Origin: a virus
Taxonomy: Duplodnaviria > Caudoviricetes
Strand: one strand, 5' to 3'
DNA length: 63,770 nucleotides
IMG/VR virus record: IMGVR_UViG_3300044731_000783
Span: 1 to 63,770 of that record
The notes under the pieces are model-generated. The model was not told where the DNA came from. It saw nothing but the letters and a program-made list of their open reading frames with translations, and searched no databases. Numbering within the stretch: position 1 is the stretch's first letter; each line of letters opens with the position of its first letter. A program made the translations under genes and the position numbers. Positions 26,737 through 37,112 of this stretch are shown piece after piece.

Positions 26737-28989
26737 TTATATTTTTGATATTGAAATCTCCGTTTTAGGGTTTTGTATTTTAACCGGACAACAATCACAA
26801 TTAATAACTTTAGCGTTTGTTATAAACATTTGATAATTTTTACTAGCAGAACTACAAGGACCTATTGGCTGATTCACTAATAAATTTGTAAACGAACCGG
26901 TTATTGTTTGTCCATAAGTTAATGTAAAAGTGTTTTTATATTCTTTCTGACTGTTACTTTTAATAATTGGTGAATTTGAGCAAGGTAAACTGATTACAGA
27001 AGTTGTATTTGTTGTGTTAATTTGAGTTAATGTTCCAAAACCATTAACTGTTACTAAATTGTTATATTGTGGTTGTGGATTTAGATTTGATGGATAATAA
27101 TTTAAAATACTAATATGGTTAAGATCAAATTCTATTGAGTAACCTGGTTGTAAATTTGAGCCAATAATAAATGTATTATTATTTGTATTTGCTGATAGTG
27201 CAATACCAAATGCTGGGACTTGTTGTACTTGTATAACAACTGTTTGGATTGATATTGTCCCATTTGAATCTTTTACAAAGACAACATAAGTTCCTGCCTG
27301 TAGATTTTGGAATATTGGGTTAGGTGAATATGTTATACCATTATCAATTGAGTATTCATAAACTCCGGAACCACCATAAGCCTGTATTATAATACTACCA
27401 TCATTTTTACATTTAGCCGCATTTGTTGTTACATTAAAACCAACAATATTATTAACACTACAATCACCACTTAACACTGTTAAACTATAAACTTCTGGTG
27501 CTCCAAGTACTTGCCAACCAGTTAGTGGTGGTATTGATGTTGTATTATTTACAATTGTCGCATAACTTGATGGATAACCAGATAAAACCCAATTATTTGT
27601 ATTTCCTGTCGACCAATAAATATTGTATTGTGAATCATTAGATAACCAATTTGGTTTACCATTAAAATAATCGTTATATTCCAATTGGACTTGAGTTGTT
27701 TGGAAAGGTTCTGTACTACTACCACTTCTTAATGTAAAAATTACACATAAATTACCGTATGTTAATATTGGTTTAATTGTTGTTGTAGATGTTGTTGTAG
27801 TAGTTTCACCAGTTAAAACACAAGTTGTGTTTATTATAAAATCACCATAATAATCTGTAACTGTTGCTGTATATTCACCAACATTTAAATTTGTAATTAC
27901 AGGTGCAACACTTCCAATACCCCAAACAATCTCATATGGTGGAGTACCACCAGTTATTGATAATGATGCTTCACCATCATAAGAATAAGGTGTTGATGGG
28001 TGTGTTACAATACAATCAACACCCATTGGGAATATTGTAAGTACATCACATTCATTTCTTGGTTCTATTGTTATTGCTGGTGGTTGTGGACAATCACCAT
28101 TAACACATAAGCCACCTAATTTTATAGCAAATGGTCTTCTTATATTAAAAATTGGTCTTACTAAACTACAAATGCTTGTTGTTTGACCGGTTGGTAAATA
28201 AACCTCTAATAAGTTATAATCACAATCAACATATGTTGTTAAAAAAGGTTCTGAAGGTGTTTTAAAAGTATAACATTCACAATTACAAGTTTCTGCACTA
28301 GAAACAATTGTAAACTCATACTCTGTTGAGCAATCAATAATACCTAAATCTTTAACTAAAAATGGTGTTGTTGGTGTTTCTGGTGATGGTAGATCAATAT
28401 CAATATAAACAAATGTATCAACATAACCTGATAAACTATTATCAGTTGATGTTATCATTTTATAACCACCGTCACAACTTAATAAACCATAACATTGTTT
28501 CAAACAAGGGTGTTTTTGAACACATTGTTCACAACCAAATTCTTCATATTTTTCAAAGCCATTTATTACTGGAACATAATTACTTGTTGGTGGTGGTAAA
28601 ACTTTTGATATTGTTTTATTAAAAACAGTAATACATTGTAAATCAATAATTTCACCAGTTTCACTTTTAATATATTCTAAACCATATATAGCATCGTCTA
28701 TTGATAGTATTTTTTCATTACCATATATTGTATAAACTTCACTACTCTCACAACAAGAACTAAAACTATATGTAGAATTTGGTTTAAAAAAATCACTAAA
28801 CTTTAAATCTTCAATTGTGTTACCACTAAATGGGTAAGTATTACAAAAATTTATAAACGATGTTGTACCGGATTCTATAAATATTGTTATGGTATTACCA
28901 GAACAATCAACAAAAATTAAATCATTTTCTGTTGATCCGGTATTTGTAACAATCGCTACCCTACAATTGGTTAAACAAGTTCCTGCCAT
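26737..28989 (-). CDS. Cys-rich putative virion protein with SprB-like repeats
   Basis: DGEASLSITGGTPPYEIVW, DGSIIIQAYGGSGVYEYS, NLQAGTYVVFVKD; poly-Thr linker. Confidence 0.65.
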   Translation of the reverse strand: MAGTCLTNCRVAIVTNTGSTENDLIFVDCSGNTITIFIESGTTSFINFCNTYPFSGNTIEDLKFSDFFKPNSTYSFSSCCESSEVYTIYGNEKILSIDDAIYGLEYIKSETGEIIDLQCITVFNKTISKVLPPPTSNYVPVINGFEKYEEFGCEQCVQKHPCLKQCYGLLSCDGGYKMITSTDNSLSGYVDTFVYIDIDLPSPETPTTPFLVKDLGIIDCSTEYEFTIVSSAETCNCECYTFKTPSEPFLTTYVDCDYNLLEVYLPTGQTTSICSLVRPIFNIRRPFAIKLGGLCVNGDCPQPPAITIEPRNECDVLTIFPMGVDCIVTHPSTPYSYDGEASLSITGGTPPYEIVWGIGSVAPVITNLNVGEYTATVTDYYGDFIINTTCVLTGETTTTTSTTTIKPILTYGNLCVIFTLRSGSSTEPFQTTQVQLEYNDYFNGKPNWLSNDSQYNIYWSTGNTNNWVLSGYPSSYATIVNNTTSIPPLTGWQVLGAPEVYSLTVLSGDCSVNNIVGFNVTTNAAKCKNDGSIIIQAYGGSGVYEYSIDNGITYSPNPIFQNLQAGTYVVFVKDSNGTISIQTVVIQVQQVPAFGIALSANTNNNTFIIGSNLQPGYSIEFDLNHISILNYYPSNLNPQPQYNNLVTVNGFGTLTQINTTNTTSVISLPCSNSPIIKSNSQKEYKNTFTLTYGQTITGSFTNLLVNQPIGPCSSASKNYQMFITNAKVINCDCCPVKIQNPKTEISISKI

Positions 28990-29004
28990 TTAATTAATAA
29001 ATAA

Positions 29005-29985
29005 TCAAATATTTGTTTTTTTAATGTATGATTTCATAACATCAATATATTTTATTGTTGAGCTGTTTTTATCAACATAATCAAAATGATTTTTATCTTG
29101 TCGTAATTTTTCAATTGGGTCAACACTAATATATTCACCTTTGTAAAATTTTGTTAATTTCAAGTCGTCTGTGACTCCAGCCATATGAAGTATTGGTTTT
29201 TGTTCATAAATTTTAATATCGTCTGTAGCCCAAGAAAATGCCAACTCTTCTGATATTTTTGTTTGTACGTTTTTTTTCCATAAATTCCATAATAATGACC
29301 ACATTTCCGCTGTCCAAAATTGTATTTGGCCTGGATTAATTGGGTATCTTCTTTGGTAGTCCAACATCTGATTATAGAGTGGTGTACAATCTTCATATAT
29401 TTTATTCCAAAGTTTATAATTAGTATTTTTTATAAGATATTGTCCTCCACCTGAATTTTCTTGGTTGTCCTTTATTTTATTTACATCAATACCAACAACG
29501 TCGGCCATTTCTTCAATTAGTTGTCCTTTTCTTGAGTTTGGGTGTCTTTTCTCATATCTATCACAACAATCCATAATATAGTTGTAACCAATGTAACCAA
29601 TTGTGTCGGATAAATATGACACATCATCATTTAATAATTTTTCAAAATCTGGTAATTCCCTAAATATAATATCAGCATCATGTAAAAAAATTACTTTACC
29701 TAATTCTGGTTTTTCTTCTAATAATTTAGAAATTAAATATGGTTTTATACTTGGAATATATGATTTTTTATCTCTATTATCTTCGTAAAAATGAATATTA
29801 ATTCCTAATTTTTTTAATTCTAGTGCACCTTCAGATGGTTCTTTAACGCCGTGAACTAATGCTAAAATTACGTGAATTTGATTTGGGTCAATTCCTTTTT
29901 CTATAAAATTGTGAACATATAGTTTAATTTGCCAATGAAAATACGGAACATCCGGTTGTGCTGTTACAAATACAATATCTTTCAT
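29005..29985 (-). CDS. GT-A fold glycosyltransferase resembling protein O-glycosyltransferases (GT95/GT96-like)
   Basis: YFHWQ, YIPSIKP, FLHDADIIFR (DxD), WTAEMW, PILH. Confidence 0.65.
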   Translation of the reverse strand: MKDIVFVTAQPDVPYFHWQIKLYVHNFIEKGIDPNQIHVILALVHGVKEPSEGALELKKLGINIHFYEDNRDKKSYIPSIKPYLISKLLEEKPELGKVIFLHDADIIFRELPDFEKLLNDDVSYLSDTIGYIGYNYIMDCCDRYEKRHPNSRKGQLIEEMADVVGIDVNKIKDNQENSGGGQYLIKNTNYKLWNKIYEDCTPLYNQMLDYQRRYPINPGQIQFWTAEMWSLLWNLWKKNVQTKISEELAFSWATDDIKIYEQKPILHMAGVTDDLKLTKFYKGEYISVDPIEKLRQDKNHFDYVDKNSSTIKYIDVMKSYIKKTNI

Positions 29986-30030
29986 ATTGAAAATATATTC
30001 GTAAAAGTAAAAAAGTGAATTTAATATATC

Positions 30031-31251
30031 TTATATATAATACAATACCTCCGCAGTACCTAAAAATGTTGCTGTGTTGCTTAGTGGTGTTATACACACC
30101 CACATTTCGTCAAGTGTTCCGTTAACATTAGAACCAACCCTAATTTGATTATCATCCACTTTAACGTCAGTAACAGCCGTTGTTCCAGCTTGACCAATTA
30201 ATGATGTCATAATGTGTCCTGGTGATGTTATTGTTGTTGTGACAGTCCCGTTATATACTGAATACTGAAATGGTGAATTTGGTATGTCAGTCCAACTTGG
30301 GGTTACGGATAATGTAGGGTTAAATTCAATGGTTAGTAAGAAATTATCGTTTGAGGTGTTTAAAATGGATAAACTACTATATTGTGATGTCACTGATTTA
30401 TAACTTTCTTTAAGCCTATAACCAATATACGGATATTTTGTACCTGAAGTTCCTAAATTTGCGGTTGTTGAGTTTTGAACACCAACGGTTGAATAAAGTC
30501 CGTTTAACGCTCCTTCGGTTGATACTTGACTACATAACATATCAAAGTATCCTGAACCAACACCTACTTGTCTTATTTCATACCTAATTGGTTGATTTGG
30601 TGATGACATGTAAACGGTAGGTATATTATTTGCCGCAGTATAGTCTAAAAAATAAAATGTTTGACCCGATAATACCATTCCAAACCTCATCCTACCAACA
30701 CCTAACCATTGATAATCTACTGTCATTAGATTTGTGTTACTCCAATCAAAATTGTTTACGTCAAAGTCTGTATTATTCCAAGTTGTTGTATCGGCACTAT
30801 AAGTGCAAGAACCACTTAAATAAATGTTAAATGTTATAGCACTTGTTACACCATTACTTTCTAAAAAGAACCCGTCAAATACCGAATTGTACGTGGATGC
30901 CGTTGTTGATGTGAAACATCCAATTCGTTTAATTATATTTGTTTCTATTTGGAAGTTTGAAAAACTACCTTCAAATAGTTGACTTTTACCTGGTTGATAA
31001 ATTGGGTGTGTTTTAGTTTGTCTAATAACCAAATCATTATTTGCTGATGTTGACATTCTAACTCTTGCATATTGTTGGTTAAAAACTGATGTTGCAGTAC
31101 CTGCGGTTACTTCATTAACCTGTAAAGGATTTTTATCGTAAACGTGTTTAATGTCTAATAAATTTTGAACCGCTGCGGTTCTTAGTCTACCGAAAGCGTC
31201 CATATTTGGTCCGTCCGCGTACTTTATTGAGTTGTTAAAAATAAATGACAT
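30031..31251 (-). CDS. Putative virion structural protein (beta-rich)
   Basis: DAFGRLR N-terminal motif, YQPGKSQ, DYQWLGVG; structural cluster. Confidence 0.6.
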   Translation of the reverse strand: MSFIFNNSIKYADGPNMDAFGRLRTAAVQNLLDIKHVYDKNPLQVNEVTAGTATSVFNQQYARVRMSTSANNDLVIRQTKTHPIYQPGKSQLFEGSFSNFQIETNIIKRIGCFTSTTASTYNSVFDGFFLESNGVTSAITFNIYLSGSCTYSADTTTWNNTDFDVNNFDWSNTNLMTVDYQWLGVGRMRFGMVLSGQTFYFLDYTAANNIPTVYMSSPNQPIRYEIRQVGVGSGYFDMLCSQVSTEGALNGLYSTVGVQNSTTANLGTSGTKYPYIGYRLKESYKSVTSQYSSLSILNTSNDNFLLTIEFNPTLSVTPSWTDIPNSPFQYSVYNGTVTTTITSPGHIMTSLIGQAGTTAVTDVKVDDNQIRVGSNVNGTLDEMWVCITPLSNTATFLGTAEVLYYI

Positions 31252-31255
31252 AATA

Positions 31256-34200
31256 TTAAATTAAATACCAATTTCCGTTTCTCACCATAATGGTAAGAGA
31301 CATATAGTTTATATTCATATCAACATATGAATTTCCGTCAATCAAACCCGATGCCGGTGTTAATCTTATTCTAAAAAACCCGGAAGTTCCGGCTTCGTCT
31401 TTTATGACTAAATAATACCCGTCTCTTGACGTTGTTGTTGGTAATGTTAAATCAACATTTGATGATCCACTAACACCCCAATATACTTTATCCCAAGTTA
31501 AGGTTTGTGAGGATGTTATAGCACTTGTTGAGTAGTTTGCTGATTGAGAAATATCTCTTGTTTTTAAAATACCTGTTGATGTGTCTCTAACCAAGAAATT
31601 GTTATTAGTACTATCTGTTTCTGGCGTATTTTGTAATGCCAAATAATTTACGTGGAATGTACAAGCTGATACCGATACAACATCTTTACCATATGTTGCC
31701 GACATTATGTGATTAACCGTATTTCCACTACCACCTAAAATTGTTCCGAAATTAGAAATTGATGTGTTATTTATACCGCCTAATATTGATGAACCATTAC
31801 CAAATGCCGAATTACATCTACCACCGCCAATAAAATTACAAAGACCTATGGCTCTATTTGAAACTCCCCCAACTACGCTTGAGTGTGCTCCACATGTTGT
31901 ATTGCATTGCCCACCACCAATAAATGTGTAGTCACATCTTGTTGTATTATTTTGACCGTTACCTATAATTGAATAACAACCGGAAGTTGTATTTAATTTC
32001 CCATTGTTTACAGTACTAAAACAATCAACAGCAGTATTCCTATCACCATTATTAATAAATGAATACACACCAGATGTGGTATTACAATTACCATTATTAA
32101 TTGATGATTTAAAACCTAATACTGTATTATAAGTGCCGTTATTTACAGTTGTAAAATTTGTACACAATGCTTTATTAAATGCCCCATTATTAATAGTCGT
32201 CCAAGTAAGGTTTGCTGTATTACAAGTACCGTTATTTACAGTTGAGTAACCACCAGATGCGGTATTATTAAAACCATTACCAATAAACGAATATTGCCCA
32301 GTTGTTGTATTACCACAACCATCTCCAATTATCGAATAACAAGCATTTACCGTATTTCCAGAACCACCAATTATCATTGAGTAATTACAATTTGATTTAT
32401 TTATAGTTCCACTACCAATAAATGAATAATTACCATTTGACGTATTTTGACAACCACCAACAATTACAGAATATGTTTGTTGTGTTTTATTTTGGGTACC
32501 ACCACCAATAGTTGAGCCAAAACCATTTGTTGTGTTTTGATTTCCACCATTAATTGATGAGTAAAAATCTAAAGCGGTATTTGAATCACCTCCAGTAACA
32601 ACTGAAGATGAGTTTGCACTAACGTTAAGTCTACCTCCACCAACAAATGAACCATAGGCTGAACTAGTATTACGTTGCCCCCCACTAATTGTTGAGCTAT
32701 AACCACTTGATGTGTTACATACTCCACCACTTACAGTTACTGAATTATTATTTGTTGTGTTACAAGAACCACCACCAATAACAGAACTATCACCTAACGA
32801 CGTGTTAAGTATACCACCACTAATAACTGAAACATAACCACTTGATTTGTTACAAAGACCTCCACCAATTGTTGCATAATTGGCAGAGGCTGTATTACTA
32901 CCACCACCAGCAACTGTAGATCCACTACCAAAAGACCAATTATTAGTGCCACCACCAATTGTTCCATAAATAAAATTTGTCGTGTTACAATAACCACCAC
33001 TTATTGTTCCATAATCAGAACTATATAAAACACTATTATAATACCCACCCCCAATTACAGCACCACCACAACAATATAAACTATTTGTTAATAATATTTT
33101 ATTTTGAAGTCCTCCATTAATTGTTGAGTAACTTCCAGATGATGTTGTATTAACAATTAATTCAACACCATCATTAAGATTTAAAGAGCCAAAACAAGTA
33201 TTATCAAAAAATAATTTATCGCCATTTTGATAATTAAGACCTTTATTATTTATATATACATTACTTAATGTCCCTATTGGATTAAAATAAAAACTAAATG
33301 TACCATTTGTTCCATAAAGTGAGTCTGTTGATGTTGGCCCAAATGGACCATAATACCCACTAATAGTTGAACCAGTCCAATTGCAACTTGAAAATCCACC
33401 TATAAGTCCAGGTACACCAATTGTGTTTGCCTGACCGGCACCAATTATTGAACCAAACCCAAATGTTCTATTTATACTACCACCACCAATAAACGAATAA
33501 CAACCACAACTGGTATTATCAAGACCACCGGTTACAACAGAATACTTACATTGGACGTGATTAGCACCTCCACCACCGATAAACGATCTACCAGCTACTG
33601 TAGCATTACTATTTCCTTTACCACCAACAATTATAGTGTACGGACTACTTACAAAATTATTTTCTCCACCACCGATGAATGAATATAATCCGCTTGCAGT
33701 ATTGTTATGACCACCACTTACGGTTGATATGTAACCACTTGACGTGTTGCAAAGTCCGCCACCAATTGTTGAAAAATTACCATTTGATGTGTTACGTCGT
33801 CCACCACTTACGGTTGAATCTTGACCACTTGATGTGTTACAAAAACCACCACTTACGGTTGAATAATCACAGCTTGATGTGTTATTTAAACCACCACCTA
33901 TTGTTGAACCTTGACCACTTGTTGTATTACAATATCCACCACTTAATGTTGAGTAGTTTCCACTTGATGTGTTTTGACGACCGCCACCAATAAATGAATA
34001 ACCTTTAGTTGATGTGTTACAAAAACCACCGCTTATTGTTGAATAATCATTGGATACTGTATTATAACTTCCACCACCGATAAAATTACCATAACCTTGT
34101 TCTACAGTATTTGAAAGTCCGCCAACAATTGCAGATCTAGTTGTTGTTAAATCTTTAATAATATTACATTCTCCACCACCAATAAAAGAACCGCTTTGTT

Positions 34201-34564
34201 CTGAAATATTAAAATTCCCACCACCAATAAACGACCCAGGTCCAGAAGTTGTGTTAAAATACCCTCCACCAACAAATGAATAAAATCCACTTGCCGTATT
34301 TCCAGTACCTCCACCAACAAGTGAATAAATACCACTTGCGTCAGCATTAACACCAACTCTTTGTGTTGAGTAATTTCCGGATCCAGTTTCATACAATTGT
34401 GTTGCACCTGTAAAACCAGAAAAAATTGCATCAGATACTTGTTGTATTGTTGCTTTATATGATGATCCTGCCGGATTTTGAGAAGTATCACCAGTTATCA
34501 CAATATGAATTAAATCTTGTAATGTTACTCCGGTTGCTAATGTTCTATCGGTAAGAAATCCCAT
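31256..34564 (-). CDS. Tail fibre/adhesin-like protein with 15-aa Gly-rich solenoid repeats
   Basis: Dozens of (S/T)I(G/S)GGxxNTxSGxY repeats; C-terminal LTLP...IKDEAG...IDG fibre-like domain. Confidence 0.75.
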   Translation of the reverse strand: MGFLTDRTLATGVTLQDLIHIVITGDTSQNPAGSSYKATIQQVSDAIFSGFTGATQLYETGSGNYSTQRVGVNADASGIYSLVGGGTGNTASGFYSFVGGGYFNTTSGPGSFIGGGNFNISEQSGSFIGGGECNIIKDLTTTRSAIVGGLSNTVEQGYGNFIGGGSYNTVSNDYSTISGGFCNTSTKGYSFIGGGRQNTSSGNYSTLSGGYCNTTSGQGSTIGGGLNNTSSCDYSTVSGGFCNTSSGQDSTVSGGRRNTSNGNFSTIGGGLCNTSSGYISTVSGGHNNTASGLYSFIGGGENNFVSSPYTIIVGGKGNSNATVAGRSFIGGGGANHVQCKYSVVTGGLDNTSCGCYSFIGGGSINRTFGFGSIIGAGQANTIGVPGLIGGFSSCNWTGSTISGYYGPFGPTSTDSLYGTNGTFSFYFNPIGTLSNVYINNKGLNYQNGDKLFFDNTCFGSLNLNDGVELIVNTTSSGSYSTINGGLQNKILLTNSLYCCGGAVIGGGYYNSVLYSSDYGTISGGYCNTTNFIYGTIGGGTNNWSFGSGSTVAGGGSNTASANYATIGGGLCNKSSGYVSVISGGILNTSLGDSSVIGGGSCNTTNNNSVTVSGGVCNTSSGYSSTISGGQRNTSSAYGSFVGGGRLNVSANSSSVVTGGDSNTALDFYSSINGGNQNTTNGFGSTIGGGTQNKTQQTYSVIVGGCQNTSNGNYSFIGSGTINKSNCNYSMIIGGSGNTVNACYSIIGDGCGNTTTGQYSFIGNGFNNTASGGYSTVNNGTCNTANLTWTTINNGAFNKALCTNFTTVNNGTYNTVLGFKSSINNGNCNTTSGVYSFINNGDRNTAVDCFSTVNNGKLNTTSGCYSIIGNGQNNTTRCDYTFIGGGQCNTTCGAHSSVVGGVSNRAIGLCNFIGGGRCNSAFGNGSSILGGINNTSISNFGTILGGSGNTVNHIMSATYGKDVVSVSACTFHVNYLALQNTPETDSTNNNFLVRDTSTGILKTRDISQSANYSTSAITSSQTLTWDKVYWGVSGSSNVDLTLPTTTSRDGYYLVIKDEAGTSGFFRIRLTPASGLIDGNSYVDMNINYMSLTIMVRNGNWYLI
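33711..34050. repeat. 45-bp-period coding tandem repeats
   Basis: ccaccacttacggttga at 33711, 33801, 33846, with diverged copies in register. Confidence 0.85.
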
Positions 34565-34596
34565 TTATCTTTTATTTATAAATACATTAACTTTTA

Positions 34597-34893
34597 TTAT
34601 TGGAATTGATAAATTTCGTAATCCATAAAGAAGAAATCATCTCCGTCTTGGTATTGTTTTTCAACTGTCCCTTCATCAATACAAATTAATGTTGTTAATT
34701 TTTCACAACCAGTAGAATCAATTAATTTTAAACCAATTGCTGGTGCCATATCAAATTGACTTGGTAATGTTATTGTTATTGGTGTTGTTGTTATTTCACC
34801 AATATAAACACACTGATTTCCATAAACATCACAAGCAAACCCACTAAAAGGTGGTATAAGACCAACAATAGAATTTATAATTACTTGTGTCAT
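34597..34893 (-). CDS. Small beta-rich Cys-containing putative virion protein
   Basis: Shares G-x(2-3)-P-(Y/F)...CD...C(I/V)Y...P...ID..(N/G)C pattern with 22244..22465. Confidence 0.7.
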   Translation of the reverse strand: MTQVIINSIVGLIPPFSGFACDVYGNQCVYIGEITTTPITITLPSQFDMAPAIGLKLIDSTGCEKLTTLICIDEGTVEKQYQDGDDFFFMDYEIYQFQ

Positions 34894-34896
34894 TTT

Positions 34897-37110
34897 TTAA
34901 TCACATTCAACACAAGAAATATTATATTGTATTACCATATTAACAATAAATCTTGTATCATTTAAAAGATTGTAGGTTTCTTTTCTACAATTTTTATTTA
35001 TTTCATCACAGTCATTTGTTATTTTAACTGTGTTATTTTCGTAATCAATTATAACATCTCCAACACCAACAAAACCTTCTAAAATTGTTTGTAGTGTTTC
35101 ACCCCATAATAAATCGGAAGGGTAATCTTCTAAACTGTTAGAATAATAAAAATTACTTTCACTTAATTCATCACCAACTTTTACACTTAATATAAAATTT
35201 GCTTCATTTAAAACACAATTTGTATCACCAGATGTTAAATCACCAAAACCTTCATTAAACATTTGTTTAATACCTCGTTTACCCATAATTGTTGTGTTTT
35301 CAAATGTTTTTTGACAAATTGTTGTATATGAATAATCACCAAATAATTGAGTACCCAATAGTTTTATTACCCTATCAAAAGAACAACCATTATTATCTAT
35401 TACTTGTAATGAATAAAGACCATTTGTTAATCCGGTAACAAATAATCCAGTTTGACCACTTACATTTGGTGACCAATTATATGTAAATGGTGGTTCACCA
35501 CTAGTTATAACAACACTAATTTGACCATCGTTACCAAATACCGGATTAAAACCAATTAGATCAAAATACATTTGATTTGATGGTGTAATATAAACCGCAA
35601 CAAATTGTTGACATCCAGTTGCATCTGTTGTTGTTAATGTGTAATTACCTGGTTGTAAATTTTGAAAATTACCACTAAATTGTGTTATATTTTGTGGTGA
35701 GGTTGTTGGTCCAAATAAATTATAAGATATTGGTAATGTTGCACCAGTTGTTACTGTAGTAGTTATTGATCCATTATTCAAACCACAAGAAGTCCCAATG
35801 TTTATTGTGTTAATAGTGTATTTATCTTCATTAATTACTGATGTTGTTCCGGTATATATACAACCAGTACCATTATCAATTGTTATAATATAATCACCAG
35901 ATGAAACATTTGTGAAATTTTGAACTTGTCCATTAGGTACTGAAATTGCTGTTTGACCTGTGTTTCCAGAAAGTGTATATGTGTACGTACCAAGACCAAT
36001 ACCGTTATTAATTGTTATTAAAATACTTCCGTTATTTGAATTACAATTTGAATTTGTTGTTGATAACACAACGGTACCGAATGAACCAGGTGTCACTAGT
36101 GTTGTTTGTGTTGTAAAATTACATAAACCAGCATCAGTAACTGTAATATTATATGAACCACTTGTTAAACCAGTAAATGTATGTGTTGTGTCAAAAGAAA
36201 CAACTGAATCACCATTAGAACAATAATAGTAAAAAGGTGCAGTACCTCCGGTTGTAATTACCGTTATCTCACCATCATTTTGAAAACAAGATGGTTGTGT
36301 TAGTATTAATGAGCCGAGTCCAATTGTTTCTACAGTATCTATTTGAATTGAGTCTGTTTGTATACAACCATTTTGATTTGTTATTTCAACTGTGTATAAA
36401 CCTTGTGTTAAACCAGTAATGGTTGTTCCAGTTTGTCCGTTTACATTTGATAACCAATTTATTGTATAGGCACTTGTTGGTGTTGTTAGACCGGTTATAT
36501 ATATTTTTCCACTACCTTGCCCTTGGACACAACTAGCATCGTCTACTTTGTAATAACCAAAATTAAATGATGTGCTTGGTTTAATTATTACTGATTCACT
36601 AATTCCTTGACATCCACCACCATCATCACCAATTATAAAATAACTATCTGCTTGTAAATTGTTAAAGATAAAATAATCTTCACCAAATGATGTTTGACCA
36701 CTTGTTATAAATGTTGATGTTAAATCATACAATTCAAATGTTGATTGACCATAATTAAATTCAGTATAGGCGGTAATTGAACCACTTGGTAAATTACAGG
36801 TTGTATCATCACTTACCGCAAAAATTGTTGTTCCTGTTGAAATAACAAAGGATCTGATTATTGTTTGTGGTGGTGTTGGTGGTACAGTGGTCTCAACTAC
36901 TTGGAATGAATAATTCCCAAACGGTAGTCCACCAACATAGTATGAGTTTGATCCTGGTGATAAAATAGTTGTTGGTAATAATCCACTGCCTGAAATTTCA
37001 CTTACAACCCAATTTGGTGAGTTACCAGAAATTTCAAAATATAATTCACCAGAAGATGTGTTACCACAGTCACCGGTTATAGAAAAATCATATATATTAA
37101 GCCAACTCAT
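34897..37110 (-). CDS. Putative virion protein with tandem SprB-like/Ig-like repeats
   Basis: About seven repeats, e.g. PSCFQNDGEITVITTGGTAPFYY...GLTSGSYNITVTDAGLC. Confidence 0.7.
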   Translation of the reverse strand: MSWLNIYDFSITGDCGNTSSGELYFEISGNSPNWVVSEISGSGLLPTTILSPGSNSYYVGGLPFGNYSFQVVETTVPPTPPQTIIRSFVISTGTTIFAVSDDTTCNLPSGSITAYTEFNYGQSTFELYDLTSTFITSGQTSFGEDYFIFNNLQADSYFIIGDDGGGCQGISESVIIKPSTSFNFGYYKVDDASCVQGQGSGKIYITGLTTPTSAYTINWLSNVNGQTGTTITGLTQGLYTVEITNQNGCIQTDSIQIDTVETIGLGSLILTQPSCFQNDGEITVITTGGTAPFYYYCSNGDSVVSFDTTHTFTGLTSGSYNITVTDAGLCNFTTQTTLVTPGSFGTVVLSTTNSNCNSNNGSILITINNGIGLGTYTYTLSGNTGQTAISVPNGQVQNFTNVSSGDYIITIDNGTGCIYTGTTSVINEDKYTINTINIGTSCGLNNGSITTTVTTGATLPISYNLFGPTTSPQNITQFSGNFQNLQPGNYTLTTTDATGCQQFVAVYITPSNQMYFDLIGFNPVFGNDGQISVVITSGEPPFTYNWSPNVSGQTGLFVTGLTNGLYSLQVIDNNGCSFDRVIKLLGTQLFGDYSYTTICQKTFENTTIMGKRGIKQMFNEGFGDLTSGDTNCVLNEANFILSVKVGDELSESNFYYSNSLEDYPSDLLWGETLQTILEGFVGVGDVIIDYENNTVKITNDCDEINKNCRKETYNLLNDTRFIVNMVIQYNISCVECD

Positions 37111-37112
37111 TA

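Noticed and set aside
33711-34050. 45-bp periodic repeats as a CRISPR array
   Set aside because: In-frame degenerate coding repeats with no unique spacers and no cas genes
26737-37110. Diversity-generating retroelement acting on fibre genes
   Set aside because: No reverse transcriptase in the window and no adenine-specific TR/VR pair noticed
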